Shown: in pieces, positions 51,811 through 64,000 of the stretch
Layout of the letters: every line of letters starts with the position of its first letter
Numbering within the stretch: position 1 is the first letter of the stretch
Notes under the pieces: generated by a model
Databases searched by the model: none
What the model saw: only the letters and a program-made list of their open reading frames with translations
Told to the model about the DNA's origin: nothing
Program-made: the position numbers and the translations under genes
Origin: Octopus sinensis
Lineage: Eukaryota
Length of the DNA stretch: 64,000 bases
Assembly: GCF_006345805.1 (NCBI RefSeq)
Contig: NC_043010.1
Location: 2,666,001-2,730,000, forward strand
Direction: 5' to 3'

Positions 51811-52967
51811 ATATATTTATATATAGGCATGTGTGTACAATACACACCCACACTCACACACACACACACACACATGCGCACGTGCACACACACACACATA
51901 GAGGCGCATGCACATAAACGGTTACAAATATTTCATACCACTGCTACATTCAGTATGGAGGAAAATATTCAACCAAAACGTCCTCTTTGACAAGCATTAA
52001 TCTGGAACTTTGAGCATTTGAAATGAGCAGTAAACTGTAAATGACACCAAAATTGTTATGACAGGTTCACAGATGCACAGTGCAACAAAGATGTGTGGCC
52101 TGTGATATTTAAATAATGCATTAAACCGTTGACAGTTAAGAAGCTTATGGTGATTGTTAATCTATGGTTGCACACATCTAAGAAGTGTTGTGTCTTTAGT
52201 ACATACTTCACCAATGTTTCTGTTGAAAACTTTGATAGAAATCCTAATATCTCTATTTTGGCAGGTGTCAGGACATATGTTAACATTCTAAGCTGCTACA
52301 TTCATGTCTTACATAATGCAGGAATGTTAAAAGCGGTAGGTGTTTCTTATCAACACCTTTTATAATTTATGCATTCAACAAAGTACACTTTCTTAATTCT
52401 CAGCAATCTGTTAACCTTTTCCCTCTCCAAAGCATTTTCACAAGTTGATCCTAAATGTTCATGCTTGTTTTCAGACATTTTGTTGGCCCTTGTTTCATAT
52501 ACTTTGAGCAATGTAAATGCTTTTGTTTCATAAGTACCAAGTTACTCTGGTGGGATTGGGTATCATATATAATGCATAAATGACAGGGAAAGATGTCCTG
52601 TGTACCACATGTGAAACACAGGACGAGTAAAGGGCAGTTTTTATAATCTGTTGGAATCAAGTGGAGGATTGCAGTGGCTTTTGTTGCTTGGCCCCTGCTT
52701 GGCTTTAACTGAGCAGACCTATCAAATACATTCCAGTAGTGACTACTCTGTCATTTTCTCTGATCAAACTATCAAATGTGACTTATTTAAACAAGATACA
52801 TTATTATTTGAGGAAAATTTGGCAGCTATTTCTAGCGTTTTGAGTGACATTGTAGAAGCTCTCAGTGGAATGTTTTTCTTTAAGCAAAGTAGTTCTTAGA
52901 TATTGTCAAATAGTGATAAATTCTATTGTCTACCCTTCTGTCAATAAAATAAATATATTTATATACC

Positions 52968-53198
52968 TATTTCTTTACTACCCACAATGGGCTAAACACA
53001 GAGGGGACAAACAAGGACAGACATAGGTATTAAGTCGATTACATCGACCCCAGTGCGTAGCTGGTACTTAATTTATCGACCCCAAAAGGATGAAAGGCAA
53101 AGTCGACCTCGGCAGAATTTGAACTCACAACGTAACGCAGACGAAATACCACTAAGCATTTCGCCCAGCATGCTAACGTTTCTGCCAGCTCACCACCT
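52968..53198 (-). mobile_element. SINE family B with 15-bp TSD
   Basis: TATATTTATATACCT on both sides. Confidence 0.92.
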
Positions 53199-54057
53199 TA
53201 TATTTATATACCTGAGATACCAGGTACTCTGGAGGAGCATTTTTTAATTATTTTCCTCCTGTATTTTTAGGCATTTTTCTGATAAAGGTTTCAAGTTTCT
53301 GGTTGTTATTAAACTACTTAATGTTTGGCAATCTTGTTTTCTATGTCACTGCTTTTGATTTTGACTTTGTAAAGCTTTAACACTATCAGGCAAGGTTTAT
53401 TTGAAGTGGACAAACAAACATTTATGAACTGATTCTCTGCTGAAGTAAGCAAATATGCTGTTTTTGGCTAGAAATCATGACACTACAGAAATCACAATTA
53501 TGTTAAATATTTGATGTCACAAAATTAAGTCTCCACACACACTATTAAATGTTCTGAAGATACACCAGGCTTCTCCGTTAGAAGAGTTTAGTATGAAAAT
53601 ATTAAAATGTTCCATGCATATTTTACCAGGTAACAAAAGACAGAAGCCTGGACCTAGTTTTAAAATTAAAACCACCATATTCTCATATTGTGTCTAAAAT
53701 ATACTTGATCCTATCTAAGCTTCTTAAGGCCTTACTGAAAGTCTTCTTAAAATGAGAGGTCTTTGTCTTGCAGGTACTGTTGCCACAAAAAATGTGCTCA
53801 TGCCAGTGTCACATACAATGCACTCATGGTGGTGCCGCATAAAATGCCCCATGTGCTGGTGGCCAGTAAAGAGCAACCATCACACTCTGTAATGTGATTG
53901 TGGTTAGAAAGGGTATCTAGCCATAGAAACTGTGCCAAAACAGACAGTTGGAGCCTGACCAGCTTCTGTCAAACCATCCAACCCATGCCATCATAGAAAA
54001 CACATGTTAAACAATGATTATGGTGATGTGGTGGTTGTGGTGATGGTACTGCTACTG

Positions 54058-54238
54058 CGGCGAGTTGGCAGAAACGTTCTAAGTTCAAATTCCGCCGAGG
54101 TCAACTTTGCCTTTCATCCTTTCGGGTCGATTAAATAAGTACCAGTTACGCACTGGGGTCGATGTAATCAACTTAATCCGTGTGTCTGTCCTTGTTTGTC
54201 CCCTCTGTGTTTAGCCCCTTGTGGGTAGTAAAGAAATA
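54058..54238 (+). mobile_element. SINE family B (internally deleted) with 13-bp TSD
   Basis: GGTACTGCTACTG on both sides. Confidence 0.9.
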
Positions 54239-56565
54239 GGTACTGCTACTGCTGCTGCTGCTACCGTTTAGGATGATAATGATGATGACAACACTACCTT
54301 CACTACTGAAGACAATAACGAACTCCATCAAGAGACTTCTCAAATTAGATCTAACAAATTACTAAGGAGAGGCAGTTTACTTTCTGTTAGCAAATTGTTT
54401 CCCAGTACACATCTACACCAGTTCATTTCTTTGTTGTCATTTCATGATTGCTTGTTTGGTGCAGATTATAGTAACTGACTTCAAAACAAGGAGGTATAAA
54501 ATAATTGCTTTTATTTTGGAAATGACAAAATGAATGGAATACTACATTGACCATTGAATTTGTTGAGCCCAGACAAATATTGTTTGGAAGATTCAAAGGC
54601 TTCGGATCAACATTCAGTTTAGTTTAGTGTGTATAAAGAGCGAAATTATCTGAGTTCAAAAAGGAAAATGGTTCAGTTCAAAAGTGAAAACAGAAAGAAA
54701 TATAATAATTTGTTGTCCGTTATCGTTAGAATGATTAAGTTTGGAGTAATATGAACAGAAAAAATTTAGTGTACATCACAATAATTTGAATTCTTATTTC
54801 AGTATAATAAAGTTTTACTTAAGTGCTATTTTGTATGTATGTGTGTGTGTGTGTTGTTAAGTGTACATGGGTAAATTCTGCAATTAATAGTTTAGATTAT
54901 GCTGAGAGAGAATATAACAAAAGTTGATGGCGTTTAAATTATCCAGTTGTATGACCTAAGAGCAAGGAATTAATGGAAGAAAAATACTCTCAAAGATATT
55001 TAGTTGAATGGTCTAAGAGGAAAAGATTTAACGAAGTAGAAAGAGGAAAATAAAAGAGGATAGACTGAGGGTAGGAATAATGACTACATTATTATATAAA
55101 TTAGAATAAAAATAAGACAAGAATAAAATTAGAATTATTTAGGCATAGTTGTAGGTGATAAATTGCCGGTATTTATATTATTCTTAGAAGTCTTCTCTAA
55201 GAAAACTGTCAGATAATATATATCTCTCTGGATTTGTGATTAATGTTGCATATTGTGATAAGAAGTTCTGTATGAAAGCAGTTGAGAAATGGTGATAGTT
55301 GAAGAGTAGTGAGGGTGGGAGGAAGAATTTAGAGACAAGATTAATGTGTGTGTTATTAATGTTACCAAATTATAATCAGAAGGTATGTGTTTGAGAAACT
55401 GGTTTGATATCAGAAGTAAGTTTATTACTAAGGTAGAGAAAATACTAAACTATTTTCCTCTACTTTAGTAATAAATTTTGATTTCTAATAGCAACAGATT
55501 ATTAATAATTACACAAGTTGTGATCACTTGGTGTGTTGTAGGAAATTTGGTTTAATATGAAAATAATATATATATTGCTAATGTATAAAATGTGCATTGT
55601 AATAATGAGAGGGTAATATTTTCACATCAGTGTTTATAACATGAGGGATGCAAGTCTATGATAATTATTAGGGTAACTTAATTATAGAGGTTTGTGCTCT
55701 CAAGATACAACTAAACACGTTAATAAGCATATTGTAGTTGGAGATTATAATTAGGGTTTCACTATAAAGACGCATGTCTTTAAGTATAATGGTTTTAATC
55801 TTGTCTATGTGTGATATTATTTGACTAAAAGTGAATCTGTGAGAATATGATTTATAGATCAGTGTTAGATTTGGAAAGCAAAGTATGTAAGGAGGAAAGG
55901 AATGAGTTGAAAAGAATTAATGTTGGTGTATATAGAGTTTGTATATCAATTTAATGTGGAAATACTATTAAATTATATATTTGTATATAACGCTTCTCCT
56001 GGGAGTGTTATATACAAATATATAGTTTTATGTCGTATTTAATATTTAATTTGTATATTTAACACAGAACTATTAGATTAAAATGGTTACTCTTATATAG
56101 GCATAATGTTTGTGTGTAATATCATATTCTATGAAATTTAAGTTCAATACAAATTAGAAACAAGCCTCAAGCATGGTCATTACCTATCTTGGTATATCAT
56201 TTGGCTAAAATGTTGAAGAGTATGGGCATTTGTAGATACATTGGGTGTGTCTGCTGAGGAAAGTTCTATTTACAAACAGAATTTCATAACTTTCACTTGT
56301 ACAAACATAGCATAGTCTTTTTACTTCCATTGTTGTTGGAAACAGCATGCATTGTATTTTAGGCTTGTTGAGTGTATAGATTTCATGAGGATAAGTGACT
56401 ATTATCATGGCAAAAGTCCTCATTCAATATTAAAGCATTTGAATTTTGATTTACTTAAGAAAATTATCCACCCTATCTGCAGCCAACAGATTTTAATGAT
56501 TCATCCATTAATAAAATGTTGTATTACAAAATCTAAGAAGATTCCAAAATAAAATTTAATATCTA

Positions 56566-57081
56566 GCCCAAATCAAAGTCAGATAAGTAATTGCATGAGT
56601 AGATACAGATAAATTAAGATGTCCAACCTGATGAGATAACAGTTCACAATAATCCAAAAAGGAGGCCCTCGAATGAATCCAGTAAAGAGAAAGAGTCTTA
56701 GGGCCGTTTCAGGGAATATGTATAGAAGTGTGTAGGTAAGACAAAATGCTTAAGAACTTACATTAATTATATACAAGTATAATTACTGTATATTCTTAGA
56801 TATATTTTTACAATCCCACAAATAATTTTATAATTTTCTTTTTAAAATTCCAAATCCACACATATTCTCTGATGAAGTAAATGTGGATTACTGAAGTTCA
56901 AAAGGTCTTACCTACACACTTCTATGCACATTCCTGGAAACAGCTGCAGAATTCATTCTCTTCACTGGATTCATTTGAGGACTTCCTTTTTGGATTATTG
57001 TCAACTGTTATCTCATCAGCTTGGAATTCTTAATTTATCTGTATCTACTCATGCAATTACTTATTCAACTTTGATTTGGGC
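56566..57081. repeat. Inner inverted repeat, 177-bp arms
   Basis: 56566-56742 vs 56905-57081, mostly matching; spacer carries CTGATGA-AGTAA..TTACT-GAA. Confidence 0.88.
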
Positions 57082-57095
57082 ATGGAATTACTCTA

Positions 57096-57129
<34 letters not shown>

Positions 57130-57387
57130 TATCTTTTTGTATGTTATGTGTTTGTATGCTTATAATGGCTTATATATAACAATAAAATACCGATGATTAA
57201 GTAAATTGCAAAAAAATAATAAAAACGTATATAATAAATAATAAATATGTATATAATTGATATAGATATATAGATATATAGATATACATATATATATATA
57301 CACATATATACACACACATATATAAATACATACATTCATATATATATATATATATACATACATACTATATATATATATATATGTATA

Positions 57388-58215
57388 TCTATTATATAAA
57401 ATCCGTTCTGTCTGTGTGTGTGTCTTCTGAGATCTCGGGCATCCTCCATCTGATTGCGCTCAAATTTGATATGTAGATACTGACGGTATCAGGGCGTATA
57501 TAAGTCTTGAAAAAATTACAAAAATCGATTCCAGTTGAGAAGGCGATCAATAAAGCCGTGGGAACGTGCATTTGTATGCACAAGTACATCAGGTGTTGCA
57601 ATCGATACTACACATACGCGAAAAAACTGTACATGCAGTTTGCGCAAAAAAAGCCAGCTAGCTTGAAATAATGCCACAAAAGGGGACGGTCAGACAAGTT
57701 GTTTTGATAAAATTTGGTTTGAATGTTTGACAACTCAGAACCATCAAATGCACAGGGGGCATTTTGCTCGTGTGTATATATATATATATTATATATATAT
57801 ATACATACATACATATATATATATATATGTATATCTATTATATAAAATCCGTTCTGTCTGTGTGTGTGTCTTCTGAGATCTCGGGCATCCTCCATCTGAT
57901 TGCGCTCAAATTTGATATGTAGATACTGACGGTATCAGGGCGTGTATAAGTCTTGAAAAAATTACAAAAATCGATTCCAGTTGAGAAGGCGATCAATAAA
58001 GCCGTGAGAACGTGCATTTGTATGCACAAGTACATCAGGTGTTGCAATCGATACTACACATACGCGAAAAAACTGTACATGCAGTTTGCGCAAAAAAAGC
58101 CAGCTAGCTTGAAATAATGCCACAAAAGGGGACGGTCAGACAAGTTGTTTTGATAAAATTTGGTTTGAATGTTTGACAACTCAGAACCATCAAATGCACA
58201 GGGGGCATTTTGCTC

Positions 58216-58220
<5 letters not shown>
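57388..58220 (+). mobile_element. Two tandem 446-bp-period copies of a Helitron-like 5' segment
   Basis: Each starts A|TCTATTATATAAAATCCGTTCTGTCTGTGTG; copies differ at about 2 non-microsatellite positions; no hairpin-CTAG 3' end. Confidence 0.7.
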
Positions 58221-58269
<49 letters not shown>

Positions 58270-58519
58270 TAATTTTCATGTGTACTGTTGGATGTATAAC
58301 TGTTACTGGTGATTTTAGAGCTCTATGTAAGAGCATTTAATCTGTATTAGCTTAAAGTAATAAAGTGTTTCCTTGAAGAACTGTTACGGATTGGCATCCA
58401 ACTGCACTATAAACACCCGCTATTTGCAGAGGATGCAAATAGCCATAATGACAAAATGTGCATAGAGAGCGCAACTGCATAAACTGCTTATCATTTTTAC
58501 ATACTTTCACGCACAGTCA

Positions 58520-58521
58520 CA

Positions 58522-58557
<36 letters not shown>

Positions 58558-58955
58558 TGTATGTATGTATGTATGTATGTATGTATGCATGTATGTATGT
58601 ATGTATGTATGTATGTATGTATGTATGTATGCATGTATGTTTGTATGTATGTATGTGTGTGTATATGTATGTATGTATGTTTGTATCTATGTATGTATGT
58701 ATGTTTGTATGTATGTATGTATGTATGTATGTATGTATGTATGTATGTATGCATGCATGTATGTTTGTATGTATGTATGTATGTATGTATGTATGTGTAT
58801 ATGTATGTATGTATGTATGCATGTATGTTTGTATGTATGTATGTATGTATGTATGTGTATATGTATGTATGTATGTTTGTATCTATGTATGTATGTTTGT
58901 ATGTATGTGTGTGTGTATGTATGTATGTATGTATGTATGTATGTATGTATGTATA
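58520..58955. repeat. (ATGT)n tetranucleotide microsatellite
   Basis: Direct reading; source of MYVC/HTYI pseudo-ORFs. Confidence 0.97.
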
Positions 58956-59350
58956 CATCAGTGTGTGTGAGGCTGCCTGGCTATGTGTATATGTATGTCT
59001 ATGTGTATGTGTGTGCATGTACATTATAACTATTGCTTTCTTTCTTTCCCCCTTCCTATTCCAGATCCATAAATCATATCTCAACAGATTCACTTTTAGT
59101 TAAATAATATCACGCATGGACAATAAGATTAAAACCGCTATACTTGAAGACATGCATCTTTACATTCAGATCCTAATTATAATATCCAGCTAATATTCTC
59201 AGATTTAGTCATATCTTGAGAGCACAAACCTCTATAATGAAGTTATTTCTGTAATTAGCAGAGGTATGCGTTCCTCATGCTATAAACACTTACATGTAAA
59301 TACTACCCTGTTAATATTACAAAGCACGCTTTACACATTTGTAATATATA

Positions 59351-59437
<87 letters not shown>

Positions 59438-59439
<2 letters not shown>

Positions 59440-59838
59440 CGCAGGAGTAGCTGTGTGGTAAGTAGCTTGTCTACCAACCACATGGTTCCGGGTTCAGTCC
59501 CACTGTGTGGCACCTAGGGCAAGTGTCTTCTACTATAGCCTCGGACCGACCAAAGCCTTGTGAGTGGATTTGGTAGACGGAAACTGAAAGAAGCCCGTCG
59601 TATATATGTATATATATATATATGCATGTGTGTGTTTGTGTGTCTGTGTTTGTCCCCTAGCATTGCTTGACAACCGATGCTGGTGTGTTTATGTCCCCGT
59701 TACTTAGCGGTTTGGACCGATAGAATAAGTACTGGGCTTACAAAAGAATAAGTCCCGGGGTCGAGTTGCTTGATTGAAAGTGGTGCTCCAGCATGGCCGC
59801 AGTCAAATGACTGAAACAAGTAAAAGAGTAAAAGAGAG
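59438..59838 (+). mobile_element. SINE family A inserted in the right arm of the large inverted repeat
   Basis: Full family A body; absent from the left arm. Confidence 0.92.
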
Positions 59839-60850
59839 AAAGTATATATAATTTTCATATCAAACCATATTTCCTACAACACACCAAGTGATCACAACTT
59901 GTGTAATTATTAATAATCTGTTGCTATTAGAAATCAGTCTTTAGTATTTTCCTCTACCTTATTAATAAACTTCTGATATTAAACCAATTTCTCAAACACA
60001 TACCTTCTGATTATAATTTGGCAACATTAATAACACACACATATTAATCTTGTCTCTAAATTCCTCCTCCCACCCTATCACCATTTCTTTACAGCTTTCA
60101 TACAACACTTCTTACCACAACAGTAATCACAAATCCAGAGAGATATATATTATCTGACAGTTTTCTTAGAGAAGACTTCTAAGAATAATATAAATACCAC
60201 CAATTTATCACCTACAACTATGCTTAAATAATTCTTATTTTATTCTTGGTTTTATTTTTATTCTAATTTATATAATAATATATTTATTATTCCTACCCTC
60301 AGCCTATCCTCTTTTATTTTCCTCTTACTACTTCGTTAAGCCCTTTCAGATCAACCAGCTAAACATCTGATAATATATAGTTTCTTTTTTCTGTATTATA
60401 TTCTCTTGTCTTACGGTGTGCTACTAGATAATGTACACATTGTCCAATTTTCTTGTGTTTTCTATAAACATAATTTAAATTATTATTCACAGAATTTACC
60501 AATGTACATTTAACAGCAGACACAAACACCAGCTATTAAGCAAGACCTTACTATGAAATATAAATGATCAAAGTATGTTTAATTTACACAATTCAGATTA
60601 CACGAGACATTCATCTTTTCTCATGAATTGCTTCAACTCTATTTTAAATACATTTGTTTAAAGCATAAACATATCTGAAGTCTCTTTTGAAATACCTTAC
60701 TAACATTTACACATTTCTGTGACCAGAAATGGAAAAGTCTCACCTACATCTGATTTTGACCGTTCTACTCTTTTCTTAAAACAAAACTTTTCTTTCTGTA
60801 TACTAAAATTGTTTTCATTGCATTAGAGTCATGTGCCTTTCTTACATCAG

Positions 60851-60881
<31 letters not shown>

Positions 60882-60937
60882 GTCATCATCATTGTCATCG
60901 TCATCGTCATCATCGTCATTATCGTCATCATTGTCAT

Positions 60938-60969
<32 letters not shown>

Positions 60970-61270
60970 TTTAATGTCCATTTTCCATGCTGGCATGGGT
61001 TGGACAGTTTGATGGGTGTGGGTGAACCAGAGGACTGCAGCACACACCAATATGGCATGATTTCTATAATTCGATGCCCTTCCTGATGCCAACCACTTTA
61101 TAGGGTGTACTGGGTACTTTTTACATGGTGTAAGCACCAGTGAGATTACCAAGTATCTTGCAAGACAAATTTCAACTCAGCAAGGAATATATTGAGGGGT
61201 TACCTTTGTAACACATGATGAGATTCTAAATTATGAAAGACAGGGGCAAACAGATTTGTTTCTGTAGGAG

Positions 61271-61412
61271 AGATACATGGTTATCTCAGGAGCTACATGG
61301 TTATCTCAGGAGCTACATGGTTATCTCAGGAGCTACATGGTTATCCCAGGAGCTACATGGTTATCTCAGGAGCTACATAGTTATCTCAGGAGCTACATAG
61401 TTATCTCAGGAG
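61271..61412. repeat. 20-bp minisatellite x7
   Basis: (GCTACATGGTTATCTCAGGA)n with few variants and no spacers. Confidence 0.95.
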
Positions 61413-61449
61413 ATATGTGATTATACAACCATTGCACGAAGCTTAACTG

Positions 61450-61739
61450 TTACTGGTACTGTGATCGAATGTGACGTTTTAGCCCAGCTAAAGATCTACA
61501 ATGTCTTGTACAGAATTGGCAACAAAAACCTTTACTGGTAATAGCCGGCTGTAGTTGTAACTGGGCTTCATGTACCTTTGCATGTCGTTTAAGTCCTCCT
61601 GCCGAATTACACTCTCTTCCACATGCCCGACAAATATGATTAGTATGGTGTGTTACACCACCACCAGTGGCCAGGTTGTCACTCATCTGTCTCGTTTTAT
61701 AACTACGAAGATGACTCTTGAGTCCAGCTTTACTGAGGC
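61450..61739 (-). pseudogene. Tandem C2H2 zinc fingers of non-LTR retrotransposon type
   Basis: [12 protein letters not shown]; CRACGRECNSAGGLKRHAKVH (C-x2-C-x12-H-x3-H); CQFCTRHCRSLAGLKRH; no TGEKP linkers. Confidence 0.7.
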
Positions 61740-61866
61740 ATATATATATATGCATACATACATACATATATATATATATATGCATACCTACATATATATA
61801 TATTCATATATACACACACACATTTACATATATATATATATATATATATATATGCAACTATATATA

Positions 61867-63056
61867 GTTTATTATTCTTAAACAAGAATGTTGTTGACAG
61901 TGACTTCAAAGTTTTGGTCAGCTGTGATGCATTTGAGCTGGTCTTGCCTTTGTATAGTCTCTTTTGAGTTAAACTCTTCTTTGAGCATGTGGGTTTGAGT
62001 GGGGGTGATAATTAGGTTTTGATGATTGATTGGAGAAATTTTAATTGATTAAATTTGAGGACAATGTTATTGTTTAGAATTTATCCATGCTTGTAGAAGT
62101 TTATAAACAAACCTGTAGGTGTTTCTCTTTTGTTAGGTAGGCCCAAGGTGTAACAGTATTTTCTTTGTCGCTTTTGGTATTATTGGATTTAATCTTTTTG
62201 ATTTGACAATGTAAAGGTCAAAAGTACAATGTCCATTATCTAAGCCCTTGAAAGAGAGGCGCTTTCTCCGTCTGGGCTGCGGATCCGTGGAATAAGTTGC
62301 CGGACGAGATACTGAAGATGCCGACGACTACTCGGTTCAAAGTTTCCCTTGACCACAAGTGGCCTGAGTTCTTTACATGAACACCACCCTGTACATAACT
62401 CCACGTCCCCCTACATGGCCTTGCTTTTTGCTTTTTGAGCCAAAAATTAACTAACTAACTTATTGGGTGTGTCAACTTTTTTTTCCACAAAAGAATATAG
62501 GTAGAGGGTAAGTTTAGGCTGGTCATTTCTTTACTTGTTGTTGTTATTTAGGGTATTTCTTGTTTTCGTTTGTAAGGTTGAGGTTATTGGTCAGGCATAT
62601 CAGGATTTTTTTTAGTATAGAAAATTGTGCTTTCAGGTTCACAAAAGTATTGGAGTAAAGGTTGTTTGTTTATATGTCTCTCTCTAGGTGTTCAATGTTC
62701 TATAAGCAATTTGATTAGAATATAGGGATTTAAACCTTCCTGTTTTGTAGAGGTAGAGTTTGTTCGCTGCTTATTTATAATATTTCTTCAAATTCTATTC
62801 TAGATATATGCTAAAGTGGGGCTGATATAGAAGTTGTGTATATATTCATATATAAAAGTTGAAAACAAAATATAATATAATTTAATTTTAAAAAAGAATC
62901 CTGCATTCTCAGACCCACACACCCAAAGGAGATTTTGACTCAACAGAGGCTGTATAAAGGCAAGATCAATTCTATTGCACCACAGTCCAACAATGGCTTA
63001 GCTGCTTGAAACGCTGAAGTCACTGTCAGCAACATTCTTGTTTCAGAATAATAAAC
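61867..63056. mobile_element. Degenerate element with ~140-bp inverted arms, possibly Penelope-like
   Basis: 61867-62000 inverted at 62915-63056; minus strand gives weak PLE RT-like traces (FVFN..YTQ..SPTLAYI). Confidence 0.45.
62240..62460 (+). mobile_element. CR1-clade LINE 3' end
   Basis: FSVWAADPWNKLPDEIL..TRFKVSLDHKW then a (TAAC)n tail. Confidence 0.82.
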
Positions 63057-63279
63057 TTGTACTCAACAAAATTATAGAGTAACCCATCAGATTAATGCAA
63101 AATTGTTTTTATTATAACTGAACATAAAAAGAAACATTAAATGTGTGTATATATATATATGAATATATGTATATATATATATATATATATATCACCACAA
63201 CCACAACCGCCACCACTACAATCACTACAACGAGCACTACCACCACCACAACCACTACTACCATCATCATAAACGCAAC

Positions 63280-63535
63280 CACAGTGGCACGTGTAAAAAA
63301 GATTTGAATGAGGTCGTTGCCAGTTCCGCCTGACTCGCCCCCGTGCAGGTGGCACGTAAAAAGCACCCACTACACTCTCGGAGTGGTTGGCGTTAGGAAG
63401 GGCATCCAGCTGTAGAAACTCTGCCAGATCAAGACTGGAGCCTGGTGCAGCCATCTGGCTCGCCAGCCCTCAGTCAAAATCGTCCAACCCATGATGCTAG
63501 CATGGAAAGCGGACGTTAAACGATGATGATGATGA
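63280..63535 (+). mobile_element. RTE 3' end (family D) with last two UTR repeat units
   Basis: Colinear with 17860-18110. Confidence 0.9.
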
Positions 63536-63588
63536 TATATATATACAAATATGTTCAAATATATACAAACACACACATATATATATAG

Positions 63589-63651
<63 letters not shown>

Positions 63652-63741
63652 TACATATATATATACACATATATACATGTATGAAATATGAGTATATACA
63701 CACACACATACACAAGTATGCATACTCACATGAACGCATGC

Positions 63742-63774
<33 letters not shown>

Positions 63775-64000
63775 TATACTTCTATATTGAGGAAGGTGTT
63801 TTATTTATGTTATGATAAACATGACACACACTGCCTGCACACACACACACACACTCAGCTCTCTTTACACTTCTAAAGAGAATCACTTATTAGTTCTTTC
63901 AAGTTTTCCAGTAAAAAAAAAAAAGAAAGAAAGAATAAAAATTCTCAGCTAGAAATAAGAGGTGTAATCTTTTAGAACAACAATCTGAAAAGTAACCATT

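Larger units (their letters stand above)
54845..60530. repeat. Large inverted duplication (arms ~54845-56150 and ~58270-60530)
   Basis: e.g. ATTACACAAGTTGTGATCACTTGGTGTGTTGTAGGAAAT (~55510) is reversed at ~59870-59910; homology continues through 59030-59350. Confidence 0.85.

Noticed and set aside
52560-52640. CFTCG zinc-knuckle-like motif on the minus strand
   Set aside because: Needs a frameshift to complete CCHC and has no supporting gag/ORF1 context.
61271-61412. CRISPR-like regular repeat
   Set aside because: Head-to-tail 20-mers with no spacers, no cas genes, eukaryotic context.

Overview
AT-rich eukaryotic (metazoan) non-coding DNA, almost entirely transposable elements and (AT)n/(GT)n/(ATGT)n microsatellites. 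The repeat families and microsatellite density suggest an octopod cephalopod genome; this is an inference, as no search was run. No intact protein-coding gene, rRNA, tRNA gene or CRISPR array can be supported, and nearly all long ORFs in the track are microsatellite translations. Supported content: (i) at least three abundant tRNA-headed SINE families (called A, B, C here) plus many 5'-truncated 3' ends of one RTE LINE; (ii) a full-length decayed Ty3/Gypsy LTR retrotransposon (41308-47754) with nested SINEs and a Merlin transposon with 8-bp TSDs; (iii) CR1, RTE and Penelope-like fragments, several Penelope-like termini carrying minimal hammerhead-ribozyme-like cores; (iv) mariner remnants, a Tc1 with D-36-E spacing, Helitrons, and hAT-, MULE- and piggyBac-like non-autonomous elements; (v) many inverted repeats, including a nested fold-back region at 54.8-60.5 kb; (vi) local repair footprints: a 100-bp exact templated copy, a 34-bp inverted templated copy, and a ~240-bp duplication flanking a SINE. 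Coordinates were read by eye; TSD/TIR-defined ends are precise, others approximate.
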